Source: Candidatus Woesearchaeota archaeon
Lineage (GTDB): Archaea > Nanobdellota > Nanobdellia > Woesearchaeales > GW2011-AR4
Length of the DNA stretch: 35,063 nucleotides
Assembly (NCBI GenBank): GCA_043801325.1
Contig: JAZDMC010000052.1
Span: 1-35,063 of the forward strand
Reading direction: 5' to 3'
Shown here: positions 35,026-35,063 of the stretch, piece after piece
Layout of the letters: every line of letters starts with the position of its first letter
How positions within the stretch are numbered: the first letter of the stretch is position 1
Made by a program: the position numbers and the translations under genes
Notes under the pieces: model-generated
Seen by the model: only the letters and a program-made list of their open reading frames with translations
Told to the model about the DNA's origin: nothing
The model's database searches: none

Positions 35026-35063
35026 CATTATTAATTAACCGTTAATTACAATAAATAAAATTC

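Noticed and set aside
1-35063. tRNA or rRNA genes, and IS elements with terminal inverted repeats
   Set aside because: Scanning the intergenic regions by eye found no cloverleaf-compatible GC-rich segments of 70-90 nt, no rRNA-like sequence and no transposase ORF. A tRNAscan or Infernal run is still needed to be certain.

Overview
Gene-dense, AT-rich archaeal chromosomal segment of about 35 kb, mostly transcribed on the minus strand. Archaeal markers are Orc1/Cdc6, membrane-bound LonB, RpoL, ribosomal protein L35Ae, a PAC2-type chaperone and Mre11. Together with many small orphan membrane proteins, these suggest a small-genome, DPANN-like archaeon; this is inference, not a database result. 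Confident housekeeping calls: orc1/cdc6, serS, lonB, rpl35ae, a CBS-less IMPDH-family enzyme, a METTL5-like RNA methyltransferase, rpoL, gatB, mre11, an FNR-like oxidoreductase, a CDF transporter, nth, an AmmeMemoRadiSam-type radical SAM enzyme, pyruvoyl panD, an Ogg2-type glycosylase, a GNAT, class II ribonucleotide reductase, its cobalamin adenosyltransferase, and a HIT protein. The most unusual region is about 16.2-19.9 kb. It holds a short tyrosine recombinase, four orphan genes (two pair an N-terminal coiled coil with a C-terminal winged helix), and eleven TGGGA(A/C)T motifs spaced at exactly 11 bp or in-phase multiples, in a 4+5+2 layout. I read this as a compact integrated plasmid-like element with a centromere-like or iteron locus and no recognisable NTPase or Rep partner. 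Other notable items: a 198-nt GC-rich structured RNA with its own TATA box and oligo-U terminator (34796-34993, minus strand, class unresolved); three 21-bp tandem repeats beside orc1/cdc6; two tandem paralogous 42-44 aa membrane micro-ORFs missing from the ORF track; two secreted cysteine-rich proteins, one with TIL-like cysteine spacing; and a tightly coupled cobO-nrdJ-GNAT-ogg operon. I found no CRISPR array, tRNA or rRNA.
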